From: a virus | DNA: 64,000 nt | IMG/VR virus record: IMGVR_UViG_3300032046_000008 | Coordinates: 37,906 to 101,905 of that record | Strand: one strand, 5' to 3' | In this document: piece after piece, positions 41,221 to 50,855 of the stretch | Layout of the letters: every line of letters begins with the position of its first letter | Position numbering within the stretch: the first letter of the stretch is position 1 | Notes under the pieces: generated by a model | What the model saw: only the letters and a program-made list of their open reading frames with translations | Databases searched by the model: none | What the model was told of the DNA's origin: nothing | Translations under genes and position numbers: made by a program

Positions 41221-42696
41221 TTACTGCCTTGCATGGGCATCCGCCCAAGGAGTCCAAAAACTCGGACCGGGACGGCTTACACCGCCACCGTCAGAAAAAT
41301 ATGGAGAATCTGGGAAGGGCTCCCTCTCGTGCTGGAGCGGGCAGTACTCGACATGCTGTAGCCTGCCAGCAAGCCAAGGAGTCCGCAATACCAGGCGAGG
41401 CTCTATCTTAGTCTGCCAGACAACACATTGGTTGGTCTGCCGAGGCCAAGTCAGAAAAGCCCCTTCCACCCTACCTAACACCATGTTGCCGAGGGCCTGG
41501 GCAATGTCGGCATTCCCGTAGTCGAAGTACTCCAGGAACGTCACAGCCTGACCGCCAACCACCGACATCGGAATCATGTAGATATCAGAGCAGAAACAGC
41601 CCTCTGCGACGTCATGGTTGGTTGTAGCCGTGTCCTCGGTGATGCCGTCGTCAACCACAACCTGGATCTTCTCGCCATCAATCAAGAGATACTTGCCGGC
41701 CCGCATATCGTCGCGGAAATTGATGGCGTCCTGAGCACTTACCATCTCAAACGTGTTCGCCCCTGCAGTCATTGTGCAGCGGTAAGTCAAGTATGAGCAC
41801 GGCCAAATTGCCGTAATCTCATAGAAGAGCTGTGGTCGCATTGCCAGGACCCAACGTACTGGTATTACACCTGTACGCTCAGCCAGATCCTTTAGGTAGT
41901 GATACATCGCCGTGATAGCCCGGACCAAACCTGTTCCATTTGTGTCTATACTCTCGCAATGGAAATCCTTCAGATCGCTGTCCAGGCTAGGGCAGGAAAC
42001 ATGACTCTCAGCATCAACATGGCCTGTGTTGATCAGGACATCGAAGCCTGTCATCTCCTTGTAACCGCCACCGCCAGTATTGTTGACAGGGTTGCCAACC
42101 CAGAGCTGCCGAGAGAGCAGCCGATGGATACTTACATTGCGCTCCCAGAACTTTCGAGACACTTCATTCTGGAGCAAATCCGTTGGTGTGGCTGGACTCT
42201 CCGGCCCTGCCGAGAAGACACCAGACTGATATATCGGACTGCCGATGAGAGACAGATCCAAAGGATCAGCCCTGTCCACTCGCTGCCCAAGACGGTTCAA
42301 CTCGATCTCAGGAGTGGCTCGCTCATAACGGCCAAAGACCGATGTTATCAGACAGGACTTCATCAGGCCTGCGGTTGGAGCATCGTCACAAACACCACTC
42401 TTCTCACTTCCACTGTCGGCCCTCACACCTGTAATGGTGTAGTAAGTGGGGTTGATATATTTGTTAGGGGTTGCTGGCAGCTGCCCCAATATGCCACGAT
42501 TACCTACAATCGTATGAAAGACCGCAGGATCCACGCCAGGGAAGGTCAGATTCCCCCCTGGGCCATGGCTATAACCTACTGCTATTGGGGTGCCCGAGGC
42601 ATCGTGCTTAAAGCCGATACCCTGTGCCTTGAGCTTTTCAGTCAGCGCGGGGGCAAGGACCTCAGCCAGTGCCTCAAGCACAGCTTCTTTACTCAT
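41221..42696 (-). CDS. Major capsid protein
   Basis: 491 aa directly after protease/scaffold; strong SD; QLWVGNP...GFDVLI HK97-fold-like segment. Confidence 0.75.
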   Translation of the reverse strand: MSKEAVLEALAEVLAPALTEKLKAQGIGFKHDASGTPIAVGYSHGPGGNLTFPGVDPAVFHTIVGNRGILGQLPATPNKYINPTYYTITGVRADSGSEKSGVCDDAPTAGLMKSCLITSVFGRYERATPEIELNRLGQRVDRADPLDLSLIGSPIYQSGVFSAGPESPATPTDLLQNEVSRKFWERNVSIHRLLSRQLWVGNPVNNTGGGGYKEMTGFDVLINTGHVDAESHVSCPSLDSDLKDFHCESIDTNGTGLVRAITAMYHYLKDLAERTGVIPVRWVLAMRPQLFYEITAIWPCSYLTYRCTMTAGANTFEMVSAQDAINFRDDMRAGKYLLIDGEKIQVVVDDGITEDTATTNHDVAEGCFCSDIYMIPMSVVGGQAVTFLEYFDYGNADIAQALGNMVLGRVEGAFLTWPRQTNQCVVWQTKIEPRLVLRTPWLAGRLQHVEYCPLQHEREPFPDSPYFSDGGGVSRPGPSFWTPWADAHARQ

Positions 42697-44227
42697 TCCG
42701 CCTACCTCCTACTGTAGCAAATAGATCATCGATGTAGGGAGCAGCGGGGCTCTTTTTCTCATCACCCTCGCCCTCCAACGCCGACTTAAGCGGGTCTGCC
42801 TTCTCGCCATCGAGCACGTTGTCGGGACTGCCCGATGCGGGAGAGCCAATTGGGCCTGCCTTTGCCTTGAAAGCATTGGCTATCTTCTCGTCATCACTCT
42901 TCTGGAGTCCAATAAGGGTAGTCTTCTGTCCCTCCTGCTCCTGCGAGAGAGTTTCGATGCGAGACTTCAAGCCCTCCTGGCCTTCCGATAGACCGGCAAC
43001 CTGGGACTGCACATTGGAGATGGCCTCGACTAGTGGTGCATTGGCCAACTTCACGGCCTCTGCTACTAGTTGTACCAGAGCTTCCTCAGAGCCTGTCCCA
43101 TCATCGGACTTCTTGGCCTCTTCCTCGGAGGGCTTCTCAGCCTCCTCTTCAGAGGTCTTCTCGTCCGAAGAGCTTACTTCTTCTTCCTTCTTGCCTGGCT
43201 GTGGATATCCATATCCCTCGGCACCCTTGATGGCATCACTGGCCTTGCCTAGCGCATCTGCCAATTGCTTCTTGAGACCTTCGTCAGCAACCTTGCCAAC
43301 AAGCATCTTCAAGGTGCCGATAGCCTCAAGCAGATCCCCAGCCTTTTTCTTGGGGATAGGATAATATTCCTCCGGAGGAGGCTTTGCCTTCTCCTCCTCT
43401 TCTTCCTTCGTCTTCTCGCCTTCTTCCTTGAAAGCTACCGAGCCCTCTAGAGCTTTGGTCTCATCTTCAGCTCCCATTATTACCTCCTCGGCTAGATCTT
43501 TACCTAAGACCTGCGTCAGAAAATCCTTTTTCTTGTTATCTAATGGCAACGTTTTACCTCCTGTGGGTAAGAATTGTGTCCATCTATTTGCGGCTGCCTC
43601 TGTTGGACAAACAGAGCGTTCAAATATCTGCAACCATTCATAGACCTTGTCGGCCTCATCTCCCTTTCGGAATTTGAAGCCAATACTCACACCAAACTTT
43701 TCGTCTGTGTTCTGGAGAAAGAATTCCTCTGCCTTCTCCCCCACTGGTGTATTATCAAATGTCCCTGATTCGACAAGGAAGCGACCGACTACACCTTGAA
43801 AGTCGCAGGTTCCAACATCTGCCCCTGGCACGTGGTAGAGGCGCAATGGTCCATGCCCGCCAAGTTGATCTGCCTCTTTGACCGCTTCCTCCAGAGACTT
43901 TGTGGTGAAGATCTCGCCTTCGCGATCTTTGAAGGCATTTGAGGAGAAAGAGAGCCAACGGCTGCCAACCTTTGTAGCAAAGACACGAAAACCAGTTCCT
44001 AAAGAGAACTGTTCCTTAAGCCAAGTCACACTCTCGCTCTCTTTAGTCTCCATGTCTTCATAAGAGGCCCAGGAGAAGAGAGACTTGAGTTCCTCCAGAA
44101 GCCCCTTGACTTTCTCAACCCAACCTCTGTTCAGTCGGCGACCAACTTTGTCGCCCTCTATAACAGGAGAGGATGCATCTAGGGCATCCTCTTCCCACAA
44201 CCATTCTCCCTCTTCATTTGTAGGCAT
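42689..44227 (-). CDS. Prohead maturation protease with C-terminal scaffold
   Basis: SSNAFKDREGEIF, LRLYH, GVSIGF (His/Ser protease motifs); acidic Lys/Glu coiled C-terminus. Confidence 0.8.
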   Translation of the reverse strand: MPTNEEGEWLWEEDALDASSPVIEGDKVGRRLNRGWVEKVKGLLEELKSLFSWASYEDMETKESESVTWLKEQFSLGTGFRVFATKVGSRWLSFSSNAFKDREGEIFTTKSLEEAVKEADQLGGHGPLRLYHVPGADVGTCDFQGVVGRFLVESGTFDNTPVGEKAEEFFLQNTDEKFGVSIGFKFRKGDEADKVYEWLQIFERSVCPTEAAANRWTQFLPTGGKTLPLDNKKKDFLTQVLGKDLAEEVIMGAEDETKALEGSVAFKEEGEKTKEEEEEKAKPPPEEYYPIPKKKAGDLLEAIGTLKMLVGKVADEGLKKQLADALGKASDAIKGAEGYGYPQPGKKEEEVSSSDEKTSEEEAEKPSEEEAKKSDDGTGSEEALVQLVAEAVKLANAPLVEAISNVQSQVAGLSEGQEGLKSRIETLSQEQEGQKTTLIGLQKSDDEKIANAFKAKAGPIGSPASGSPDNVLDGEKADPLKSALEGEGDEKKSPAAPYIDDLFATVGGRRNE

Positions 44228-44319
44228 TGCCTATTACCTCATGGACTTTTTCCTCGCCTTGTGTGAATTATACCCTTAAACTTCCAGAAGCAAAAATAGG
44301 ACGGCGCTTACTACCACGG

Positions 44320-44634
44320 TCACTGCAGAACAACACCTCCCTCCCCACCATTTCGCCCTTCCGCCATAATACGAACAAATTGCCGTCTTGAGATTCCAAA
44401 CTGAGATAACAATTGCTCGGTCGATGCCCCTTGCCGCCTAAGCATCCGTATCTCTTCATTCCTTCGATAAATTTGTTTCGCAGGAGACCGAGGAGATTCC
44501 TCATCATAGCGACACTTTGGAAGAGGGCACTCTAGACATCTGGAAAACAAATCACAACCTGTATCTTGGTATCCACGATCATCTGGAAACTTATCGATGC
44601 GCGGCATCGCTAGCGAGGACTTAGGCATCGCCAT
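44320..44634 (-). CDS. Cys4-motif + HTH putative regulator (paralog of 39167..39460)
   Basis: GCDLFSRCLECPLPKCRY plus LLSQFGISRRQFVRI. Confidence 0.72.
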   Translation of the reverse strand: MAMPKSSLAMPRIDKFPDDRGYQDTGCDLFSRCLECPLPKCRYDEESPRSPAKQIYRRNEEIRMLRRQGASTEQLLSQFGISRRQFVRIMAEGRNGGEGGVVLQ

Positions 44635-44646
44635 AGAAATGTATCC

Positions 44647-45444
44647 TTATCCTGCGGGTTTGCCTGTTTCTGTGTTATACAAAACAGGTTTTCCTTTACC
44701 ATCACCCCAGACCAAATACCGTTGACCTTTTGATTTTAATTCCTGTAGAACATCTTCTAATTTATGAGCAGAAGTATAACTTTCTTGTGATTGCGGCCGA
44801 TCCAGTAACCATACCCTCCTGACGCCTACAGGAGCATATTCTACTAAGAAACGTCCCTTCAATTTGTTCCCATGAAGGAAAATTTCAAAAAGGTGTTGTC
44901 TCGCCGCTCCCAACTTGTAAGTGCCTGTATCAATAGCAAAAAACTTACTGTAAGATTGACTGGTAGCTCCTACTCCACCTGGCTCGGAGACATAAGGTTT
45001 GCCCACGCCGACGCGTAGCCACTCCTTGGGCTGGGGCAACTTCGGTACAGCCTGGAGATTATCATCTGCTGGCAAACTGCAAAGACGACAGCCACCAGCC
45101 TTGCGCACATTCTCGGTTGTACCAGTAAACGCCGACCATCCCCAGAGAGCCTTTGGGCCTTCCAGCCGCAGGTCTTCATGCAGACTATGATCTGTCTGTA
45201 GTAATTGCTCTTCTGAGAACTTGGACTCCTCTTCGCTCAAACCACGCCAGTGATGATGCAACACAAAGCGCCCACCACCAGCAGATATCGGCAATAGTTC
45301 CTGCCAGTTCTCTTTCCATTCTGTTTCAGCTGTTCCTCCTCTTGTCTCGCCACCTTCTTCTCCTGCCTTGGCATATTCATTCTTAGACAATTGCATTTTC
45401 TCAACTTGAAATTTCTCGGCGATCCAATCTATAAACGTTCTCAT
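44647..45444 (-). CDS. LigD-type 3'-phosphoesterase (PE) domain protein
   Basis: RFVLHHH...HEDLRLE...AVPK...DTGTY...LHGNKLKGRF resembles LigD PE (FVVQxH..HYDFRLE; WDxGTY; GxKLxG). Confidence 0.7.
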   Translation of the reverse strand: MRTFIDWIAEKFQVEKMQLSKNEYAKAGEEGGETRGGTAETEWKENWQELLPISAGGGRFVLHHHWRGLSEEESKFSEEQLLQTDHSLHEDLRLEGPKALWGWSAFTGTTENVRKAGGCRLCSLPADDNLQAVPKLPQPKEWLRVGVGKPYVSEPGGVGATSQSYSKFFAIDTGTYKLGAARQHLFEIFLHGNKLKGRFLVEYAPVGVRRVWLLDRPQSQESYTSAHKLEDVLQELKSKGQRYLVWGDGKGKPVLYNTETGKPAG

Positions 45445-48400
45445 CTAAGCACTTCTTCATTTATCCACTTAGGTCTAACAGTTCCACTTCCAACAACCTT
45501 CACGCCACTGATTCCTGTTCCCCAAACACCAAATTCATTCCAGCCTTTTCCGCCATCTCTTTTTCTGGCCACCCCACTATATATCTCATGCGCATTCTTG
45601 TTCGTGTAAGATGTATACACGATTGCTTTGCGTTGTACATTTCCTTTTAATACTTTGCCAGTAGGACCTGCGAAAACCTCTGCTTGCCGTCGATTTGTAG
45701 TCCAAAACGATAATCTTGGCGAAGATACGTGCGGGTCCGCAGTTTGTACTCCGCGATAAAGTTGAAAACTTTCTGGCAATCCCGCAAGCCTCTTTTGGGT
45801 CGAATTATACAAAGCATCAACTCCTAGCCGAGTGTGTTGTTTGTATGGAGTATCTGCTGTAAAAGGAGCATCACCAAATTTATTCTGTACTGCTGCCAAA
45901 AATGTCTGACCTCGGGGGCTAGTAGGATTACCAGTTATATCTCGCATATTCGCGCTCAGAGTATCACCAATCCAATAAGCCCCATGTTTTTCTCCTGCCA
46001 ATTCTCCAGTTAACTTTTTTGCCGCACCATCTAATTCAGTTCCCAGAAAAGGACAATCTGTGCCTTCAAAAGCATTTAATTTCTCCGCAACCTGCTCTGG
46101 CGATCTTGTTCCTCCTCCGCCGCCGGCAAACCTTCCTCCAGCTCCATGATAAGGATTGAATTTCTGTCCCAACAATCCATTCTCTCTGACAATCCTCGTA
46201 GCATTTTCTATCGTATGACATTCCTCGCCATCGGCACAGATTGGAACAGGTCTGCCAATATTCACTTTGCCATCGGCGATAGTTAGTTCCTCTATTCGCA
46301 CTCGCAGGACTTCTCCTGCCTTTGCTAGTTTCTGTGAACTAGCAGCAGTCTTGCCTATCTTTACATCCTGCCCATTCTGTCGCAGAGCGATAGTGTAGAC
46401 ATATCCATTAGGAACCGGAGTAGTCCTTAATACTTTCGTGCGAAGTTCGATGGGCTGAGGAATGTTCTCCTCATCAGCTTCCTTCCTCTCGTGCTTGAAG
46501 AACTGTATCTGTCGCTCTCGTACTATCGCTTCTCTCTCTGTGTCAAATCGTCCTAGAACATGGCTTCTGTCGCGAGAATAGAGTATCCATTTTCCATCCT
46601 CTTTAACGATAATCTTCTCGGCCTCGCTTATCTCTTTTGATAGCACTGCGCCTTCTGGCTTATTGCTGCCACAGCCGAGATCGAGTTTGATTGGACCTGT
46701 GTCCTTCTGCGCCTCTGCTTGACCTTCCTGCCCTTCTGATAAATTAACAACGGGCAACTTTGTTTCTTTTTCAGACATCTCCTTGGCTGCAGAACCCACA
46801 TACTCAGCAATAAGCCGCCCACCAGATCCTCGGCCATCAACTTCGAAGGTAGCTCCGTGGCCTAGAAGGAACTCATACTCTGGCTTAAACATCTGCGATC
46901 TCTGTGCGATCGCTTCAACATAGAGTCCCCTGGAACCTTTCGGTATTCTAATCTCTAGAATAGTGCCGCCATGGCGGGTGGAGAACCCAGCAGCTACCTT
47001 ACGATCAAATGATGTACTAACAAAACCATTATCATTAAAGCGTTGTCCAGGCTTAAATTCAATACCTTCAACTCCACGGAAAGCAATTACATCCCTATCT
47101 GTCCTTGGAGCCCGATCCATAAGTCTGTTCAGATCTTCCACAGTCTCGCGATTGTCCTTATTAAGTTTGGGCGGCTTACCTTGCCGCAGATGCCCATTGA
47201 TTGCTTTATACCCCGTCCCACGATAGTCAGCAAGAGCTTGTCGCTCACGTCCTGAAAGCTTCGTATCCCCCTGAAGTGCTGCTCCCCAATCATGTGCCTC
47301 TCCCACTGATCCAAAACCCGCAGTCCCAAACCTTCCAGTTGTATCATGATAGGGATTAAACTTCTCTCCCTCGAACTCAATATCCTCAGGGGACCAGCCA
47401 AAGCGACTAGTATCTCTCTTGACCTTCTCATACTCCTGCTCCTTGAGTTTAGTTGGATTAGAACCCAAATATTCCACGATTGTATGTCCAGCACTACTTC
47501 GACCATTCACTTCGAACCTTGCGCCGCGTGGCAGAAGGAACTCCATCTCCGCACGGTCACCCATAATGCTATCTACATACCGCCCTTTGCTTCCCTTAGG
47601 AATATGTATCTCCATAACAGCGCCAGGAGAGCCCAGATTAAGACCTACCTCAGCCTTGCCAGACGCAAAATCCTTGGCTACATTCATCTTGAAAGAACTC
47701 GAAACAAAGCCGTTATCCTTGAAAGTCGTGCCAGACTTCAGATTAGCCGCCACCTCACCATTGACTCCCCGAAATGCCGTTACATCCTGATCAAGCGGCT
47801 TGCTGCGCCCAATCATCCCGTCCATAACCATAACTCGCATCTTCTGATTTGGCGGCAGATTCCCAGAACGTAGACCACCATTTATGGCGAGATAATCGGT
47901 GCCAGTGTAGGAAGCCAGAGCATCAACATCCAAATCTGAATCAGGACCGCTGCCCGCTATAGTTCTTGACTCATGTGAGGATGCCCATTTGTGGGCAGCA
48001 TCCTCAGAACCGAATGCACCTCCACCACCTCCTCCACTAGCAAACCGCCCCCCAGCGCCATGATGAGGATTGAATTTCTGGCCCTCAAATTCTATATCTT
48101 CTGTTTGCCAACCAAATCGAACAGGATTGCCCTTAGACCTTTTCCTTACTTTCTCACCTTCTGGCGTCTCTTGCAAGACCATTGCTCGCTGTGCCATCTC
48201 GATAACCTGGCGAGCAACATATGGTTCTGTGCGCTCTTTATCCACATCCAAGGGATTAGCGCCGAGCCAGTTAAGTCTGCGGTCTGGCCTGTCCCAGTTT
48301 ATCTCCTCTACCTCGGCTGTGATGATATCTCCTGGGCTAGCGGCAAAGCCAACATTGAAAGAGAAGCCGAGGTCTACATATTTCTTGCCCTTGAAATCTA

Positions 48401-50855
48401 CAAGATTATCTAGGTCACCTTCCATCGTCCCAGGAATCAATCCGCCTCGGAAGTTGTATTTACCTCCGGTCACGCTCTTGACCTCGAGCACAATGGCCTT
48501 AATTTCTAGAGAATGTTTGATCTTTGCCATCCAGCCTGCAGAAGCACCTGGCTCGTATACTCCATCTAGCGCCTTAAGGACTAGACCTTCAGAAAGGGTT
48601 GCCTTGCCAAAGCCTGGAGATTTCCAGGCAGCAATCAGATCTCCTTTGCTCCTAATCCTTGTCTGTGGGGATATCTCTACACCTGCTCGAGAGAGAATAC
48701 CCTTCACAGATTCTAGCACTTTGCGCCGCTCTGCAAATGGTCTCTCATTAGTTGAATCATTCTGCCAATAGAGAACATCAAAAGCCGTGATGAGAATGTG
48801 CGCTGAAGCTTTGAATTCAGAAATTTCCTTCTTGCCGAATGTTCCCGCCATCAAGGCATAAGCGCCCGGATCACGACTCTGCAACAGACTTGGCTTGTAT
48901 AAATAATGCGATACTACCTCGCCCGCGTATTCGCTGGGAGAAGCAAGAGCATAGGCCGACACAGGCCGAGAGCCTTTCATCCGAGTATAGGCTCTTTGCA
49001 AATTCCCCAGACCACCTGCATCCGTTGGAGAAACTTTTCGATCTGGCAAGCCCGCATTCTTTAGGTGTCCAGCTCGTAGATTTGTCAAACTTCTCACAGT
49101 TTCGCGGCCCAGAGGAGGATTATCAAAAGGCCTCATCGCATTATGAGTATATTCATGCGCAAGAGTCATACGGAGAGCATCCCCCTTTAAGGACTTTGAT
49201 ACCCGCAGAGTATCACCTTCGTGGTAAGCTCCTATTTCTCCTGCCTCTGATTTAGGCATACTCTCAAAACTCACCACAAATGTCTTGGGGATTTCTACAG
49301 GAAAATCTCCAAAAACCTGATTTACTATTGCCTCCTGCTCTGCTGATCCTCCATTCACTACTGCCCCTTCTGCAAACCTGCCTCCAGCGCCGTGATGAGG
49401 ATTGAATTTCTCTGCGCTTGATAATTCTGGTCTGCCTGCAGTAAGTGTCATCAGGCGTGGACGAGGCCAAGGCTTACCACCTTCCTCCACTCCTACGTTG
49501 CAATCCAGAATACAATCTGGCAGATTCTTGAGTTTATCCAATTGTGGATCTGCCGCCATGAGTTTTGCCGCCCGCTCCTCCTGTGAGTCCTCGAAAAAGA
49601 TAGAAAGCCGAGAGCCAGATTTCTGGCATATCGCACGAAATCCATTGTACTTTGGCTCCGCCACTACGCCTGCCTCTAGATGCTTCTCTACCCACGGCCA
49701 TATCTCCTCTGGAGAGAATGCATCAGTATGTGCCCTTCCTTTCTGTGCAGGCTTAGGAGGAGTAAAATGCTGGATTGGTTCAAGAGCTACCTTGAAACCT
49801 TTGTTCTCCTTGATGGCTCGCAATATACCTTTTACATAGACAGTGCCAAATTCTGGATTTACCTCTTGCTCTAATTTCTTCACTTCAAATTTGGCCTGGA
49901 TATCTGCGCTCTCGCGCAACGTATCGTCCGTGAACCAGTTGAAAGTCAGAGCATTCCAATAACTCTTATGCGTCGGGTCTGCGAAAGCTCCTGGCCCTTC
50001 TGTGGAAGGAACTTCAAAGATCAGTTCTCCACCAGGTTTAAGGACACGCCAGATCTCATCCATTATCTTGATAGGCTCTGGCATATGCTCAAGAAAGTGA
50101 TGTGCTCGCACAATATCTACACTGTTGTCTGGATATGGTATTCCTTGCTCCAAATCCCAGACCTTGTCAACTTCTGGCCCTGGCTTCTTATCTATGCCGG
50201 TGAAACCTTCTTCCTTATTCTCTCCGCAACCAAGATCTAATTTTATCTCTTCAGAAGTTTGCTTCTGTTCCTTATCCTCTTCATCTGGCAAGACTGACTC
50301 TTCTGCAATCTTGCCAAGAATACCAAATGGCAATTTCATCAATGGACTCGGTCCAACCAATTCCTCTGGAGGGATCTTCGGCCTCATCACCAGATCATAT
50401 ATAGGCTTGTAATCGCCATGTGGTCCTTCTGGCGCTGGCAGGATATGTACGATGCCTTTCTTTTCTGGGTCAAACTTCTTGCGCAGGAGAAGATAGATAC
50501 CTTCCAACAGGCTCTTGGTCACATCTGATTGCGCCAGCCGCACCACAAAGTCTATATCATTAGCATCGCCTGGATGCTCTAGTGTGCCCCCTACCTCAGA
50601 GATGAAATCTGGAATAAGTACGATATCAGAACCATTGGTCTTGAATGCTTCACCAGAAGGTCGGAGGATGAGAGAATATTCCTCTGTCTGCGCAATCTTG
50701 ACATCACGTAATAGATCCTTCTCGACCAAGAACAAATCTGGAATCTCCCGACCCAATCGTGACCAATTTGGTACATAACTGCCTAATGTCTCTTTAGTTT
50801 CTGGTAACACTCCTCTAAAGCGGCATATATCCAAGGTCTGTTTAGACACCTTCAA
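45441..50855 (-). CDS. 1804-aa polyvalent protein: nucleotidyltransferase-like, SAM MTase, ATP-dependent DNA ligase (with inserted metallopeptidase), OB, 2 VIP2-like ARTs, second OB, third ART-like domain
   Basis: VGG..DIDFV; LDLGCG...HFLEH; KYNGFR/AFDVL/EGLVLK/KIK; HEYTH; FRG..FVS[S/T]S..E[M/Y]E twice; LYRG..SFWTT..NE. Confidence 0.85.
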   Translation of the reverse strand: MKVSKQTLDICRFRGVLPETKETLGSYVPNWSRLGREIPDLFLVEKDLLRDVKIAQTEEYSLILRPSGEAFKTNGSDIVLIPDFISEVGGTLEHPGDANDIDFVVRLAQSDVTKSLLEGIYLLLRKKFDPEKKGIVHILPAPEGPHGDYKPIYDLVMRPKIPPEELVGPSPLMKLPFGILGKIAEESVLPDEEDKEQKQTSEEIKLDLGCGENKEEGFTGIDKKPGPEVDKVWDLEQGIPYPDNSVDIVRAHHFLEHMPEPIKIMDEIWRVLKPGGELIFEVPSTEGPGAFADPTHKSYWNALTFNWFTDDTLRESADIQAKFEVKKLEQEVNPEFGTVYVKGILRAIKENKGFKVALEPIQHFTPPKPAQKGRAHTDAFSPEEIWPWVEKHLEAGVVAEPKYNGFRAICQKSGSRLSIFFEDSQEERAAKLMAADPQLDKLKNLPDCILDCNVGVEEGGKPWPRPRLMTLTAGRPELSSAEKFNPHHGAGGRFAEGAVVNGGSAEQEAIVNQVFGDFPVEIPKTFVVSFESMPKSEAGEIGAYHEGDTLRVSKSLKGDALRMTLAHEYTHNAMRPFDNPPLGRETVRSLTNLRAGHLKNAGLPDRKVSPTDAGGLGNLQRAYTRMKGSRPVSAYALASPSEYAGEVVSHYLYKPSLLQSRDPGAYALMAGTFGKKEISEFKASAHILITAFDVLYWQNDSTNERPFAERRKVLESVKGILSRAGVEISPQTRIRSKGDLIAAWKSPGFGKATLSEGLVLKALDGVYEPGASAGWMAKIKHSLEIKAIVLEVKSVTGGKYNFRGGLIPGTMEGDLDNLVDFKGKKYVDLGFSFNVGFAASPGDIITAEVEEINWDRPDRRLNWLGANPLDVDKERTEPYVARQVIEMAQRAMVLQETPEGEKVRKRSKGNPVRFGWQTEDIEFEGQKFNPHHGAGGRFASGGGGGGAFGSEDAAHKWASSHESRTIAGSGPDSDLDVDALASYTGTDYLAINGGLRSGNLPPNQKMRVMVMDGMIGRSKPLDQDVTAFRGVNGEVAANLKSGTTFKDNGFVSSSFKMNVAKDFASGKAEVGLNLGSPGAVMEIHIPKGSKGRYVDSIMGDRAEMEFLLPRGARFEVNGRSSAGHTIVEYLGSNPTKLKEQEYEKVKRDTSRFGWSPEDIEFEGEKFNPYHDTTGRFGTAGFGSVGEAHDWGAALQGDTKLSGRERQALADYRGTGYKAINGHLRQGKPPKLNKDNRETVEDLNRLMDRAPRTDRDVIAFRGVEGIEFKPGQRFNDNGFVSTSFDRKVAAGFSTRHGGTILEIRIPKGSRGLYVEAIAQRSQMFKPEYEFLLGHGATFEVDGRGSGGRLIAEYVGSAAKEMSEKETKLPVVNLSEGQEGQAEAQKDTGPIKLDLGCGSNKPEGAVLSKEISEAEKIIVKEDGKWILYSRDRSHVLGRFDTEREAIVRERQIQFFKHERKEADEENIPQPIELRTKVLRTTPVPNGYVYTIALRQNGQDVKIGKTAASSQKLAKAGEVLRVRIEELTIADGKVNIGRPVPICADGEECHTIENATRIVRENGLLGQKFNPYHGAGGRFAGGGGGTRSPEQVAEKLNAFEGTDCPFLGTELDGAAKKLTGELAGEKHGAYWIGDTLSANMRDITGNPTSPRGQTFLAAVQNKFGDAPFTADTPYKQHTRLGVDALYNSTQKRLAGLPESFQLYRGVQTADPHVSSPRLSFWTTNRRQAEVFAGPTGKVLKGNVQRKAIVYTSYTNKNAHEIYSGVARKRDGGKGWNEFGVWGTGISGVKVVGSGTVRPKWINEEVLR

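Noticed and set aside
41899-43364. Long plus-strand ORFs opposite capsid and scaffold genes (also 58124..58885 opposite terL)
   Set aside because: Antisense to well-supported core genes; no recognisable motifs
48811-49409. Intein in the DNA ligase
   Set aside because: No Cys/Ser start, no His-Asn end, no LAGLIDADG; the insert is an HExxH peptidase
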